Shown here: positions 32,628-44,276 of the stretch, one piece after another | Position numbering within the stretch: the stretch's first letter is position 1 | Layout: each line of letters starts with the position of its first letter | Assembly (NCBI GenBank): GCA_000004985.1 | Contig: GG738848.1 | DNA from: Naegleria gruberi | Lineage: Eukaryota | Direction: 5' to 3' (one strand) | DNA: 64,000 bases | Translations under genes and position numbers: made by a program | Notes under the pieces: generated by a model | Told to the model about the DNA's origin: nothing | Seen by the model: only the letters and a program-made list of their open reading frames with translations | Database searches by the model: none

Positions 32628-33359
32628 ATGGAAACTCAAATTGTAACAATGGAAGAAGGAACCTATGATGATATTTTGGAATGTTCAATTTTTTCTGATA
32701 ATACACCAACCAGTTCAAAGGAAATAACTTCATCTTTGGAAAGAAAATCTAAAAGAAAAGGAAGAAAACAATCAACTAGCACCAAAAGGAAAAGTGCTGA
32801 GATTGAAGAAGGAAAATCAAAAAAAAGAAAGTCAAATGAGGAAGAGGAATGTGATTTTATTTTGGAAAAAGGAGTTTTTACATTTGAACCAAGCTTTCCA
32901 GAGTGGAATCAAGTACCGAAGCCTGTTTTGGATACGTATAAGGTGGTTTGGGAAATGTTCGCAACTTGTGCTCGTTGTACTATCCATGAACAATTGGAAA
33001 TGAAGAACACAAGTAGAGTGCACCATATGGTAATTGGAAATTGTTTACCAACTGTATTTTATCTTGTATTGAAGGAATCAAAAGGAAAGTTCTATCAGTG
33101 GTATCAAAATGTAATGCAACATGGCATAAAGGTGAAACAAGATTGCATTCAATTTAGATTTAAAGATTGTTTGCCACCTCTAGATAATTTTGATGATTGG
33201 GCTGATTTTAAATTGAACATCACCAACGATACGTTCAAGTATGGTAAAAAAGAAATGGTGCACCACTTAAAGATTAAGTACATTTCTTTGACTTGCAATG
33301 TATCCTCTTTCCAAGTTTATACTTCATTCAAGTTTGAGAAAGAAATTATTTTACAATAA
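32628..33359 (+). CDS. Hypothetical 243-aa protein with basic NLS-like region (KRKGRKQSTSTKRK…KKRKS) and Cys/His-containing C-terminal half
   Basis: ATG-initiated uninterrupted ORF METQIVTMEEG… with no recognisable family. Confidence 0.45.
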   Translation: METQIVTMEEGTYDDILECSIFSDNTPTSSKEITSSLERKSKRKGRKQSTSTKRKSAEIEEGKSKKRKSNEEEECDFILEKGVFTFEPSFPEWNQVPKPVLDTYKVVWEMFATCARCTIHEQLEMKNTSRVHHMVIGNCLPTVFYLVLKESKGKFYQWYQNVMQHGIKVKQDCIQFRFKDCLPPLDNFDDWADFKLNITNDTFKYGKKEMVHHLKIKYISLTCNVSSFQVYTSFKFEKEIILQ

Positions 33360-34089
33360 ATTTGTAATTATCTAATATCCCTCATTGTATTTTCAAATCG
33401 AAAAAAATAGGATCAGAGCATTCTATGGACCAAAACAGCCAAACTTTCATGAACATTCTAGCAGGTCTAACTCATTCAGAAATAAAATTTTTTTCTTTGA
33501 ACATTATCATGTTGAATGTATATGAGTGAAAAATGACAAGAATATGGATTTGAGAATATTAAGGCAGATAGTAGTATCGTGATTCCATTCAGTGTCTGAA
33601 CTGAGCTTGCACTTTGTGAAACATTCAATAATGAAGAGATTTCTCCGAGGATTTTATAGATGGGCGGATGGTTTTAAAATGAATCGATATGATCGAAATC
33701 ATTAACTCTAACATGTATTCTTTTACAAATACTTCTATTAAAAAATAGAAAATTAATTATAAACAGATGTGTGTTGACGGTTTTCTTATTTTGCTATTAA
33801 TCTGTAAATGTTATCCACTACCAATTTTAAAATTCAAACATCACCACCAGTATAGACAATATAGAACGATTTTGTAATTAATACAAAGAACAAGTTCATA
33901 CCAAAGGAATTGTCGTTTTATTGAGAAAATGAGAAAAAAATATTGTAGTGCTCCTCAACATCAATTATCTAAAGTACTGAAACAACATTGTATCGAGTTT
34001 GCATTCTCAAAAATTGTTTCATTTCCATTCAAAATTTATATTGTAAAGTATAGAACTAATTGAGCAATTACTCTCAGAGGTCTGAAACG

Positions 34090-35958
34090 ATGAAAGTATG
34101 CAATTCATCGACGAGCATACCTAAACCATCCTCTACTCCATTGCCTATTCATTGCTCTCATACCAAATTCTCAAAAAAGTCAACCTCCCCTTCAAATGTC
34201 AACGATTGTCATTTGATAATTAAACAACCACGACAAGTATTTTATACACTCATTGAAAAAGAAAAGTCAACATTGAATACAGAGAAAAAAAACCAACTTT
34301 TTCAACCAATGACCTCTAAAAAACACTCAACTAGCTCACCATATTTTTGTAAATTATTCGCTTCACTTCCTTCATCAAGAAGAACAATCAACTCAACATC
34401 TACTATTCACCAATTTAATTCTACTCATAAACAACAACATGAAATATCATCAATTGGTAAATTAACATCAAATCAATTATTAGAAAGGATGAAGAAAGCA
34501 TTTGAATTGGACGAATTGAATCGTTCGCGTATTTCAAATGCTTTTCAAAATGTTCCTCATCCAATTCCTGTAACTCTATCAAACTCAACAATATCTAAAT
34601 TGGAACGTGAAAATGTTGTGTATTCCATTTATAGTCATCCTTCAAGTGTGGTCAATTATAATTTTGAATTACAAAATCCATTACCAGAGCATGTAAAGGA
34701 GTTTTTCAATGGTTCTGAGAGAAGAATTGGATATTGTTGTCATGTCTGCTCAATGCATGCCAAGTCAATAATCTATTCGAATCATGAGAAGTTTCAAATA
34801 TATCATGGAGTGGAAATTGGAAAGGAAGAATTGAAGAAAATTGTTCAAATGTATGGAAATACTTATTCTGGATTGTTGGGTGGAAGAATATGTGATAGAC
34901 ATTATCAACAAATTTGTCTTTTCAATAATTCTATTCTATCCAATGTTTCACTTTCGAATAATGCGTCCAATACTCAACATTCTAGTGATTCGTCTATTGA
35001 AGTTCCAAGATCAAGACCTATTCGAACAGTGTCCTCTGTTTATGCCACCAAAAGATTTGCTTCTCAATTAGAAAATATAAAACATTCTCCAGGAAAGAAG
35101 ACGAAATATGCCACTGACGTTCTGTCAAGTGACGAATATGCCTTGACAACAAGTAGTGAGTCAGAAGAATCTGAAAATGAAGAAGAATTTCCAATTAAAA
35201 GAAGAACTTCAACCCGAAGACAACAAAGACAGGATTTAACATCAACTTTTAAATTGTTAATTCAAGAAGAAAGGCAAGACGAAAGTGGCCAAGCAATGGA
35301 AGAAACTGCTGAGAGAAGTGACTCAAATTATCAATCAATGCCTTCTCACGTTTCAAATTTGAAGCAGACAACTCTCCAATCAGAAGTTTCGAATAACACG
35401 AGCATTCCTTTCAGAAAGAGAAGATTTTTCAAAAGGAATTCCAATTCAATTGCCTCCTCAAAAATTTACAGAAGTTTTGATGTTGAAAATGTTTCGATAT
35501 TTGTAGTTCCTCAATGTAATGAAACAAATATTGAGGAAAATACCTTAAATACCAGTCAGGTGATTAACGATATTGATTCGAATGGATCATCCAATTCGAA
35601 TAGAAGTATCTCTAATTCTAATGATATTGATTCGAATTGTAATTCTACCTTGCCAATGATTCAATGTGCTTCTCCTGAGGAACAGAAACGATTGTATTTT
35701 ATGGACTTTATTGAATATGATGAAGAACAAGAGCAACAATCGAATAATCTGGTAGACGAAACCATGAAAGAAACTGATGACCTTTCTACCAATAAGATTG
35801 AACCAAATGAAAGTTCAGCATCTTCATTAATTGGAGAAACACAGAATTTGAACTATCTTGTAAAACTGATGGAACAATTAGTCAATCACGATGACGAAGA
35901 AGATTATACACAAGAAAATCAACGAAACAATGGAAGAAGAATCATTAAACGAAAGTAA
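34090..35958 (+). CDS. Hypothetical S/N/T-rich low-complexity protein (~622 aa) with a Cys/His cluster (GYCCHVCSMH…GRICDRHYQQIC)
   Basis: The first ATG in the long ORF is at 34090 (MKVCNSSTS…); the track start at 34060 is a non-ATG codon. No recognisable catalytic domain. The Cys/His cluster could be a small zinc-binding module. Confidence 0.45.
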   Translation: MKVCNSSTSIPKPSSTPLPIHCSHTKFSKKSTSPSNVNDCHLIIKQPRQVFYTLIEKEKSTLNTEKKNQLFQPMTSKKHSTSSPYFCKLFASLPSSRRTINSTSTIHQFNSTHKQQHEISSIGKLTSNQLLERMKKAFELDELNRSRISNAFQNVPHPIPVTLSNSTISKLERENVVYSIYSHPSSVVNYNFELQNPLPEHVKEFFNGSERRIGYCCHVCSMHAKSIIYSNHEKFQIYHGVEIGKEELKKIVQMYGNTYSGLLGGRICDRHYQQICLFNNSILSNVSLSNNASNTQHSSDSSIEVPRSRPIRTVSSVYATKRFASQLENIKHSPGKKTKYATDVLSSDEYALTTSSESEESENEEEFPIKRRTSTRRQQRQDLTSTFKLLIQEERQDESGQAMEETAERSDSNYQSMPSHVSNLKQTTLQSEVSNNTSIPFRKRRFFKRNSNSIASSKIYRSFDVENVSIFVVPQCNETNIEENTLNTSQVINDIDSNGSSNSNRSISNSNDIDSNCNSTLPMIQCASPEEQKRLYFMDFIEYDEEQEQQSNNLVDETMKETDDLSTNKIEPNESSASSLIGETQNLNYLVKLMEQLVNHDDEEDYTQENQRNNGRRIIKRK

Positions 35959-36451
35959 ACTGTTTTATTCATATCTAAAAACAAAATCTCTCTTGGAGTG
36001 TTAGCATAAGGCTGAATTGAAATACTTGTTGATCAATCTCAAAATTTTGATCGAGATGGTTTCAACTTTGCTTCCTTCGATCACTAAATTACGAGCTACA
36101 TTGGTGAGAAAGTTGACAAATTTCACACATGGTATTGTCAGCATAAATCCATTGTTTTACATCACAATCTTCGAATTGAAGATCACTAAATGCGACCAAT
36201 CAGCAATTCGATCATTTTGTTAGTATCTTTCCTTCAATTAGGTGAATTAACTTGATATCTTTTTACAGTTTTTCTTGGGCTTTGCCACTTATTTATTTTC
36301 TCGCTGTTTGTCCAGTGATTTTTTGTAATAGGCGAATATTGTTCAATATATTAAACTCACCAATGGTTGGGATGTACATCCTATGCTTAATTACAACTTG
36401 TATTAAGGTCAACAACCGCCAAAATTTTTGATAAAATTAAAATCAAAAAAA

Positions 36452-38687
36452 ATGGCAAACAGGATTGAGGCTATTGTTACTAATAATAGCGAAAACAATT
36501 TTGACTTACAGGATCCACACAAAAAGCGGAAGAGAGATGTATTGTTGGAAACCAACAAAACAAAGAAGGAAGCCTCAAAAAAAAAGAAAAAAGAAAAAAC
36601 GAATGAAGAGAAATCTGTGTCTATTTCCCCACAAAATGAAGGCAAGCTGGCAGTGGCACTCGATATTCTCTCCAGATTCTATGATATCAAGGAGAAATCT
36701 GTTGGAAAACCATCTCAATCCAAACTTGAAAGTATTATCAAGGAAAATAATATTTCCGACTTGATCATGCATGATATTGAAAATATGAAATTTCCCTCTC
36801 ACTTTTCGGTGCGTGGCAAAAGACTTGCAAGAATCATTCAGTACACACTTTATGGATTTGATGTTGTCCTGAACAAAAAACAGACCAATCCTTTATTTGA
36901 GAAAAAGAGTGGAGTTATAACGAATATTGAGAATTTATTAAACTCCTATGTTAAGACATGTAACATTACAAATCTAATGAAGGGTTTGGAGCAGGAAGGC
37001 TTGACTTTCAACAAGAACTATACAACTTTTCTTCAATCCAAAGAACAATTGTTCAATGATCAATCAAAATTATCAAGTGAGGAAATTACAACACTCACAT
37101 TGCAACTTGTTCATGGTACAATGTTGAGCGCAATTATTCCTCCATTTAGGGATTCCAGCTCAAACAGTGAAATTGAATTAAGCAGACATTATTTCTCACC
37201 CATAATGAGTTTTACTACTCTTTTTGATGGTTGTACCGGTGGCTCGTAAGTAACTTTAGCTTGCTGCTTATTTAATATCAGTTAGAAGTTGCAGCATTAA
37301 GGATTACCTTCGTGTAGGAAGTTTGGAACAGAATCTCCAATCTCGTATTCCTGATTTTAGACCTGACGACCATACTCTTGTTTCTTACAGGAATAGTTTC
37401 AAATGTATCAGAATCATAAGAGAAGATTCCTCTGAAGCCTACCATTCACATACAAGCCATACGGATTTTATTGCACTAATTTCACAAATGAAGCTTGCAT
37501 TATCTCATGCTATTAGGGAGCTTATCAAAGAAGATTTTGAAAGCTGGCATGAAGAAATTATTGTTATGGGAATAACAACTGATAGAACAGAATCACACTT
37601 GTATTCAATACACTGTTCTCCAGAAGTTAAGAAGCAAGAGATTGTTCCTTCAAACTATCAACTCACGTTTATTGGCTCATACAAGCACAATATAATCAGC
37701 GATAGAATTCAACTTGTTACACGAATAATAACTGCTTTAATTTATCCAAAAATGGAAGATGTAAACAAATATTTAACTACCATGGCCAGCGAGGTCAGAT
37801 CTACCCAAAAGGATGTTGCATTTCCAAAGTTTTTCCTTGGTAAACCAATATCCTACGACCAGAATTATACTATTAGAAAACGTTCTATCATGAAACAGTG
37901 TAGTATTGAGGGGACAAAATATTTTGTTAAATATCTATCAAACAATTCTAACGAAAGTATGGATAGATATCGGTTCTTGACATTGTACGCATCAAATAAC
38001 AAAAAATTTTCATTTACACTTGCAGGCACCTGTATGAGTGGAATATTTGTGAGTGGTGATGCATTTCCCAATATTATGGATGTTTTTATTGATTTTATGG
38101 TTCAATTGAAACATTTAACAGCTAATTTACTAACTCACAATGATATCAAACCAGAAAATGTTGTACTATTCGATGGTCGATGGTTCTTTATTGACTTTGA
38201 AATAGCAAAAGAGTATATGGTTGTCGAGAATACATATGTAGATGAAAACAATCAACCTTTAAAAACAGAGAGTTTTTCAAGAGGTAGGTGGTAATGTTTT
38301 CTCAATTTTAATTTTGTAAAGGATACAGATCTCCAGAGAGTCAGCAGCAATTTGATTTCACCAGATAGTGATATTTACTCATGCGGATTGATTTTATTGG
38401 AGCTATTGAATGGAAAACGACTCTCTGCAATGGAGGACAACACCATTCTTCAAAAGTACTTGGAACAGGTGCATCCAAGAAACCAAGACGAAGAAACCAT
38501 TCTCTCAATTCTTCCTCACATGCTTATCTCTGATCCTGCACAGAGATTGTGTGCTGATGATTTGTTACACCTTGCTTGCTCTCCTTCAAAGGCTCAAAGA
38601 GCAAAGTCTTCTTGTAGATTCCTATTTTATGGACAAGGATCGTTTCAAGAGAACTTTTTTCAACTTCTCAACAGAAAAGATGTCTAA
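36452..38687 (+). CDS. Kinase-like protein, probably a pseudokinase (K-rich N-terminus, then protein-kinase-like C-lobe with HND and DFE in place of HRD and DFG); 3 exons
   Basis: Exon 1 is 36452-37245 from ATG (MANRIEAIV…). A 40-nt intron lies at 37246-37285 (gtaagt…tcagttag, phase 2). Exon 2 is 37286-38283. A 45-nt intron lies at 38284-38328 (gtaggt…atacag, phase 1). Exon 3 is 38329-38687. HNDIKPENVVLFDGRWFFIDFEIAKEY followed by ISPDSDIYSCGLILLELLNGKRL matches kinase subdomains VIb-IX with substitutions at catalytic positions. Confidence 0.6.
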
Positions 38688-38699
38688 ACGACTAGTGCA

Positions 38700-38920
38700 A
38701 TAGGTTCAACAACATCACCAATATTGAGGCAATCATTCCTCCATTTAGGGATTCCAACTCAGGTAGTGCAATCCAATTTAGTAGAACTATTTGGCACCTA
38801 TTATGAGTTTTACTACTATTTTTGGGGTTTTTACTGGTGGCTAAGCATCTTCTGATTTTTCATATTTTAAGTTAGAAATTGTATCATTAAGGATTACCTT
38901 CATGTAGGAAGCTTGGAAGT
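38700..38920 (+). repeat. Diverged ~200-bp duplicate of the exon1-intron1-exon2 junction of the upstream kinase-like gene
   Basis: …cattcctccatttagggattccaactcaggtagtgcaatccaatttagtagaactatttggcacctattatgagttttactactatttttggggtttttactggtggctaagcatc…gttagaaattgtatcattaaggattaccttcatgtaggaagcttggaag aligns with 37130-37330 (…aattattcctccatttagggattccagctcaaacagtgaaattgaattaagcagacattatttctcacccataatgagttttactactctttttgatggttgtaccggtggctcgtaagtaac…cagttagaagttgcagcattaaggattaccttcgtgtaggaagtttggaac). Confidence 0.6.
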
Positions 38921-39359
38921 AAACTATTTTATTCACGTTATAAAACTAAATCTCGCCAGTGTTAGCATAGGTACGCTGAATTGAAATCAATTTCAAAAGA
39001 ATTAAAACACGTTTCGATTGATAATAGATCTTTACAACAGAGTTTGAAACACATATATGGAAAACGTGATCAACTTTCTCAAAAAAAACTGGCTGGGTGA
39101 CATGACGGCACGTTTTCAACGTGATGTTTTCACGTTTCATGTAAAGTTCAACTAAATTTTTCAAACAATTCGCAAAAAACAAAAAAAACCAACAAATTAA
39201 GGTTGAATAACAAAATTTTAAACAGCTATACACACTAAGATACCAAGAGTATTGAATTGGAATCCAAGCTGACTTTCTAAATTGTAACTTTCAATACTAT
39301 TGAAGATCATAAAATAGTTGCATCTATTAATATATTACTCAAAAAACTTTACAAAAAAA

Positions 39360-39983
39360 ATGACAGAACAACTACTCACACAATCGCCCGTAGCCAATCG
39401 TCAGCAAAATAACAATACCTACAAAGTTTCGGAATCTGATGTTTCATCATCAATCCGAGGACCATTTACTCTAGATTATATTGAACAGCAGAAAACTAAG
39501 GAATTATTAAAATATTGTGTGGCTTTGAGGGATTTTAGGTTGAGAGATAAATACATACAACCCGAAGAGTTGCAGAATTGGGAGATTTGTAAATGTCAGT
39601 TTATGTTTAAGGAACATAACATGATGGAAGTGTTGGTGAGTGAATTGTATAGATTGAAGGGATATGACAGAACGAGTAATGTTATTGGTAGAAATTCGAA
39701 TACTAGCTTGAATGCATTATATAATGAAGTGAATCAAGCACTTCAAGATTTAAAGATTGAGACTATGAAATTACAACCAGTTTATGAGGATTCCAAACAT
39801 AAACATTTGATGGAAATGTGCAATAATAATGAAATATCGACATCATTTTTCTCCAGAGAACAAACACCAGTGGAATTAATATTTATGGAATTCTCCAATC
39901 TTGCTGAGAGGATTGTGGAGCTTAATCAAACAATTATTGAGCCAATTATTAGAAATATTAGTAAAGCTAGTGGTAATTACTAA
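39360..39983 (+). CDS. Hypothetical 207-aa protein
   Basis: First ATG (MTEQLLTQSPVANRQQNNN…) within ORF 39318-39983. No recognisable domain. Confidence 0.4.
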   Translation: MTEQLLTQSPVANRQQNNNTYKVSESDVSSSIRGPFTLDYIEQQKTKELLKYCVALRDFRLRDKYIQPEELQNWEICKCQFMFKEHNMMEVLVSELYRLKGYDRTSNVIGRNSNTSLNALYNEVNQALQDLKIETMKLQPVYEDSKHKHLMEMCNNNEISTSFFSREQTPVELIFMEFSNLAERIVELNQTIIEPIIRNISKASGNY

Positions 39984-40388
39984 AATTAGAAATTGTTCTG
40001 CAAAAGTTTCTTCTTTCAATGTAACCTTAAATATAACCCATGCTTCCAATGAATTGGTTCCGTACCACTTCAATCTCTCAATAAACAAAAACTTATTATT
40101 AACATTAACTTCTCAACTATTTGAAATAACGTTATGAGATTCAAAATAATAAAAAACAATTTCCAAATTGAAAAAAAAACCAACAACAATTCACAGCAAG
40201 GGAATTTTTCTCTCTCGTTGAAGATAACAACAACTCTGAAACTCTAAAAACTCTCTCCGAAGGAAATATCGGATTTTATAGTAGGTTTTAAGATATACTA
40301 GTATTCAATTCTTACGCATCATCATCATCAAATTAATATATTAATATATTAATATTAATAAATTAACAACAACAATTAAATAGCAAAG

Positions 40389-41708
40389 ATGCCGAAGAAG
40401 ACTAAAAAAGAAATTAAAGACGAACGATTAAAATCAGCACTTGCTGATGAAGATTCTGATTCCTACGATGAACAAAGTGATGTTTCTACATCAACCATGG
40501 CTCGTCATGCCACAATGGAACAACTTGCAACAGAATTATCGGAAGGAATTGAAAACCTCACAGAAAAGGCTGCTGCTAAACGTTTGGAAGGCTTGACTAC
40601 TATTTGCAAAATTATGAAATTACGTTATATTATTGAAATTCTAGGTGGACAATTAGAATCTTTAATTAATGGTGCTATTCAATGTTGTGCTAAATCTACA
40701 TCAGCAGAAGAAACAATTTTAGCTTTTAATTTATTTACTCTTATTTCTACAACTATTGGAGGATGTTCATCTGCCAATGACCAAAGAAACTTGTTTGGTT
40801 CCAAGTCTTTGAATACTAGTAAATCAGCCAGTGTAATCCTCACTGAAGATAATAGCTTGAGAATGAAGGAAGTATTAACAAGACATGCTGATGCTGCTAC
40901 AAAGAAAAAGTCCGAAGTTAGATGTGAAGCATTATTCTCCTTGTCAGTATTGGAATTTATGGATTGTTCTCCAGAAGATTTGATTTTGGAAAAGGAAAAT
41001 AACAAGTTGGATGTTTTTAAACAATATTGGAATGACCAAGATGAACAAGTTGCTTCAACAGCTATTGAAGGATGGTCTTTGCTTGCTACAATGATTCCGA
41101 ATAAGTATAAGGTTTCAATTCTTGTTCCATCATCATTGAAACTTTTATCTAGTATTATTGCTTCTGAAACTAAAAGTTCTAGTGAAAAGATTGCTGCAGG
41201 TCAAGCTGTTGCTCTCTTATTTGATGCTATTAATAATATGGAAGATAGTTCAATTGCTCAAGTAGAATATGATAATTTGGTGACAGCCATGAATAAGGTT
41301 GCTTCCATCTCTACTAAATCTGTCTCAAAGAAGGAAAGAGCAACACAAAGAATGAATTTCCGTAACTTTGTTAATACTGTTGAAGATGGTGATTGTCCAG
41401 TTGAAGAAATGAACGTTTCTGGTAATGTTCTCTTGTTTGAAAATTGGGATCGTTTGGTTCAACTTGTCAATTTTAAGAGAGTATTGGAAGGAGGAATTTT
41501 GGAACATTTCAAATTTAATTCAAATCTACAACTTGCATTTGGAGTTGATGGCATGGATCTCAGTGTTGAAAAACAAGCTTCCAAGCTCGATTCCATGCAA
41601 AAGAAATTCTATCTTTCAAAGAATTCTGACTTTAACAAGAATGATACCCTTGAAAAGAATAAGCTCACTAGGCAATTTTCAAATTATGTACAAACTGAAG
41701 AAGATTAA
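40389..41708 (+). CDS. IFRD/Tis7 (interferon-related developmental regulator) family protein
   Basis: ATG at 40389 (MPKKTKKEIKDERLKSALADEDSDSYDEQSD…). Blocks parallel human IFRD1: AAAKRLEGLTTICKIM ~ AKTRQAALEGIKNAL; IAAGQAVALLFDAI ~ RIAAGESLALLFELA; ATQRMNFRNFVNTVEDGDCPVEEMNVSGNVLLFENW ~ RKQRSVFRDVLRAVEERDFPTETIKFGPERMYIDCW. Confidence 0.65.
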   Translation: MPKKTKKEIKDERLKSALADEDSDSYDEQSDVSTSTMARHATMEQLATELSEGIENLTEKAAAKRLEGLTTICKIMKLRYIIEILGGQLESLINGAIQCCAKSTSAEETILAFNLFTLISTTIGGCSSANDQRNLFGSKSLNTSKSASVILTEDNSLRMKEVLTRHADAATKKKSEVRCEALFSLSVLEFMDCSPEDLILEKENNKLDVFKQYWNDQDEQVASTAIEGWSLLATMIPNKYKVSILVPSSLKLLSSIIASETKSSSEKIAAGQAVALLFDAINNMEDSSIAQVEYDNLVTAMNKVASISTKSVSKKERATQRMNFRNFVNTVEDGDCPVEEMNVSGNVLLFENWDRLVQLVNFKRVLEGGILEHFKFNSNLQLAFGVDGMDLSVEKQASKLDSMQKKFYLSKNSDFNKNDTLEKNKLTRQFSNYVQTEED

Positions 41709-41821
41709 ATGTATTTTTATGTCTAACAAGTTTTCAAGTATTACTTTTTGGAATAATGATATTGAACTTTGTGGAATTATTTTTGGATTTTTGGACAATA
41801 TCTTGTTGAATGGAAAACAAA

Positions 41822-43078
41822 CTATTTATTCAAAATTTTCAAATCAGAAGTGGATTCATTCTCATCAGGTAAATGTTTAGCCAATTCGTGCATGGCTGCA
41901 ACTTCATTAAAAGTCACGGAAGAAAGTGAAGATTCATCAATACTAGCAACACGGTGATTTTCCTTCTCATTTTCAATGGTGGCTGGGATAACTCCTTTCG
42001 ATTCAAGATCTGAATATTTGAATGAACCTCTCTTGAAATGAGTATAATAATAGTATTGACTCAGTATTAAACAATCGAGGAAGATATTAATGGTCGATTC
42101 AGTCAACCAAGGAAGACGACCAAGAAGATAATTTGGTTGAACACTGTAGAGCCAAATAGAGGTCAAATAACACATGTTACCAAATATTCCAATGCTGAAA
42201 TAGGTTGGCGACAAGCCGTCGGTTGACTTTCTGGAGAAATTCCAATAAATTTGAGGCAATCTACTGCCAACATACATGATTGCACAAATACAACCAATTG
42301 TATAGCCAATGATACCTTGAACAGTGTTTGGAGGGAAAACGAAATCTTCCTTTTCTTCCTCTACTTCTTGAATGGTCAAGAGTTTTCTGGAATGTTTGGA
42401 AGGTTGACTAAATGGGCTAGTATTTACATTTTGGAAGGAAATTATTAACAAGGTACCCAGTAAGAGTATAATAAATAATGAAACTACTTTGGATGATTGT
42501 AATTGTGTGGATTTCAATTCAACATCTTCAAAATCATCCATCTGACTCGATGTCACATTTGACAAATTTAAACTCGACGAACTAATTGGTGAAATTTCAA
42601 TGGATTTCTTATCCTCAACTTGTTCTTCCTTCTTCTCAACCTTCCTTCCTCTAATCTTTTGCAACCAAACCACATAGTACAAGTATTGGAAAACCAAAAT
42701 GAAATCCATCGAAACAAAATACGAAGCCAACAAAATTTGAGTAATCAATTGACCACTCAATACACACGCAAGCAAATTACTAGCATCTCCCATCACATTC
42801 TGAGCCAAGAATCCAGCAGATAGTGAACTAGCATCTCTATTCTTGAAATTTGCAATAATTTGTGGAAAGAGAGCACACATCCACAAGGCAATCGAAACTA
42901 AACCCACATAGAAAGAAGCTTGTTCCAAAGGTGAATGAACACACTCTCCAAAGACATTATAAATCCAAGGAACCATCTCATTTCCAAGAGCATCAAAGGC
43001 AGAACACAACTCGCTGCTACTCGTTGCAGTTCCATTATTAAATAATGTCTGATTCGTCGTCATATTATTGAACAACAT
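41822..43078 (-). CDS. PQ-loop repeat membrane transporter (PQLC2/Ypq/cystinosin-like lysosomal amino-acid exporter family)
   Basis: First ATG at 43078 (MLFNNMTTNQ…). Two PQ-loop motifs, FPQIIANFKNRDASSLSAGF and SRLPQIYWNFSRKSTDGLSPTYF, each lie within clusters of hydrophobic helices. A long S-rich linker separates them. Confidence 0.7.
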   Translation of the reverse strand: MLFNNMTTNQTLFNNGTATSSSELCSAFDALGNEMVPWIYNVFGECVHSPLEQASFYVGLVSIALWMCALFPQIIANFKNRDASSLSAGFLAQNVMGDASNLLACVLSGQLITQILLASYFVSMDFILVFQYLYYVVWLQKIRGRKVEKKEEQVEDKKSIEISPISSSSLNLSNVTSSQMDDFEDVELKSTQLQSSKVVSLFIILLLGTLLIISFQNVNTSPFSQPSKHSRKLLTIQEVEEEKEDFVFPPNTVQGIIGYTIGCICAIMYVGSRLPQIYWNFSRKSTDGLSPTYFSIGIFGNMCYLTSIWLYSVQPNYLLGRLPWLTESTINIFLDCLILSQYYYYTHFKRGSFKYSDLESKGVIPATIENEKENHRVASIDESSLSSVTFNEVAAMHELAKHLPDENESTSDLKILNK

Positions 43079-44276
43079 TTTACATAAAATTCTATATTGA
43101 GAAACTAATCTAACTAAATGGTACAACAAAATCAATTAAGAAACATGAGGCATGCTACAATTCTATATACTTGTAGTATTATTAGCACATTCAAACTCTG
43201 CACAAAATATGGTGTTGTTTTTTTTTAAGATTTTTTATCTTTGGTGCCAAATTTACTTCTTTAAATAGCTGCAACAATAAGAAGATAAAATTTCGAGTGC
43301 GTACTTTTGAGGTCCACACACGCACCCTCTTAAATTGATTGAATTTAAAGGCGTTCCAACCAACATTAATATAACATTCAAACCCAATACCCCTTAAATG
43401 ATGCACCTGACTATTAATAACCCGACGATATCGGACAAATTTAATCCACAACCAATTAAGTGTGTGTGGAAAGTTAGAGGAGTGGCGAATATGGAGTGGA
43501 AAATTCCCTAGAGTGGCTCCATGGAATGCATTAAGGAAGTGGCGATGAAAAAGACTGGTTTTGGTTGGAAGGAGCTATTCACAGCGAGAATTTGGGTGAA
43601 TTTTCGATAAATTGTAATAGTTTAAAGAAAATATTTTAAAGGAATATTCGAAAAGTGGAAGGTTGATGGGGACTTGGAATGATGCTTGCACAAATGAGAT
43701 GAGGATAAAATTGTGTTAAAATTGTGAGTGAGGTCCACACTTGAGGGAAATTATTGAAAATTCTATTAGAAACTTCAAATTTACCAAAAAATCTCAGCTT
43801 TCTCTGTACAAGATTGTTCAATGTAAATTGATTAGTTTCACATTAATTTAATTTCCATTATTTATTTTCAACATTATTGAGAGTTTCTCTTTCAATTCTC
43901 CCAACAATAAATTATCAAATTCACCAAGAATGTTCACCATCTGAAAATATGTTAGTAAATTTGTATTATTATTAAATAACAATAAAGTTTCCTTAATTTT
44001 TTAATAAAGTATTTTTAATAATTATTTAAAAAAAATGGCGCCACTACTTACCTTAATATTTACGATTTCAATTTCAGAATAATTGATCATCACGATGACG
44101 AACACCACAAATTCCCACTTTACCGTAATCTTTAAATATTACTAATTATTATTCCAAAATTATTACAACTGATTGCTTCCGAAGCCTATTATTTAACGAA
44201 TACGATCAAACTTCACTTCCATTGTGTTATTATTACAGCAAACAGTCGAACAACAAACACAACCAAGAGAAAAAAA

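Noticed and set aside
43190-44276. Repeated motif gaggtccacac (43311 and 43728) and ORFs 43191-43451 and 43636-43821 in the divergent intergenic region between the PQ-loop and F-box genes
   Set aside because: The region is most simply a bidirectional promoter or 5' UTR. The motif occurs only twice and the ORFs are not protein-like.
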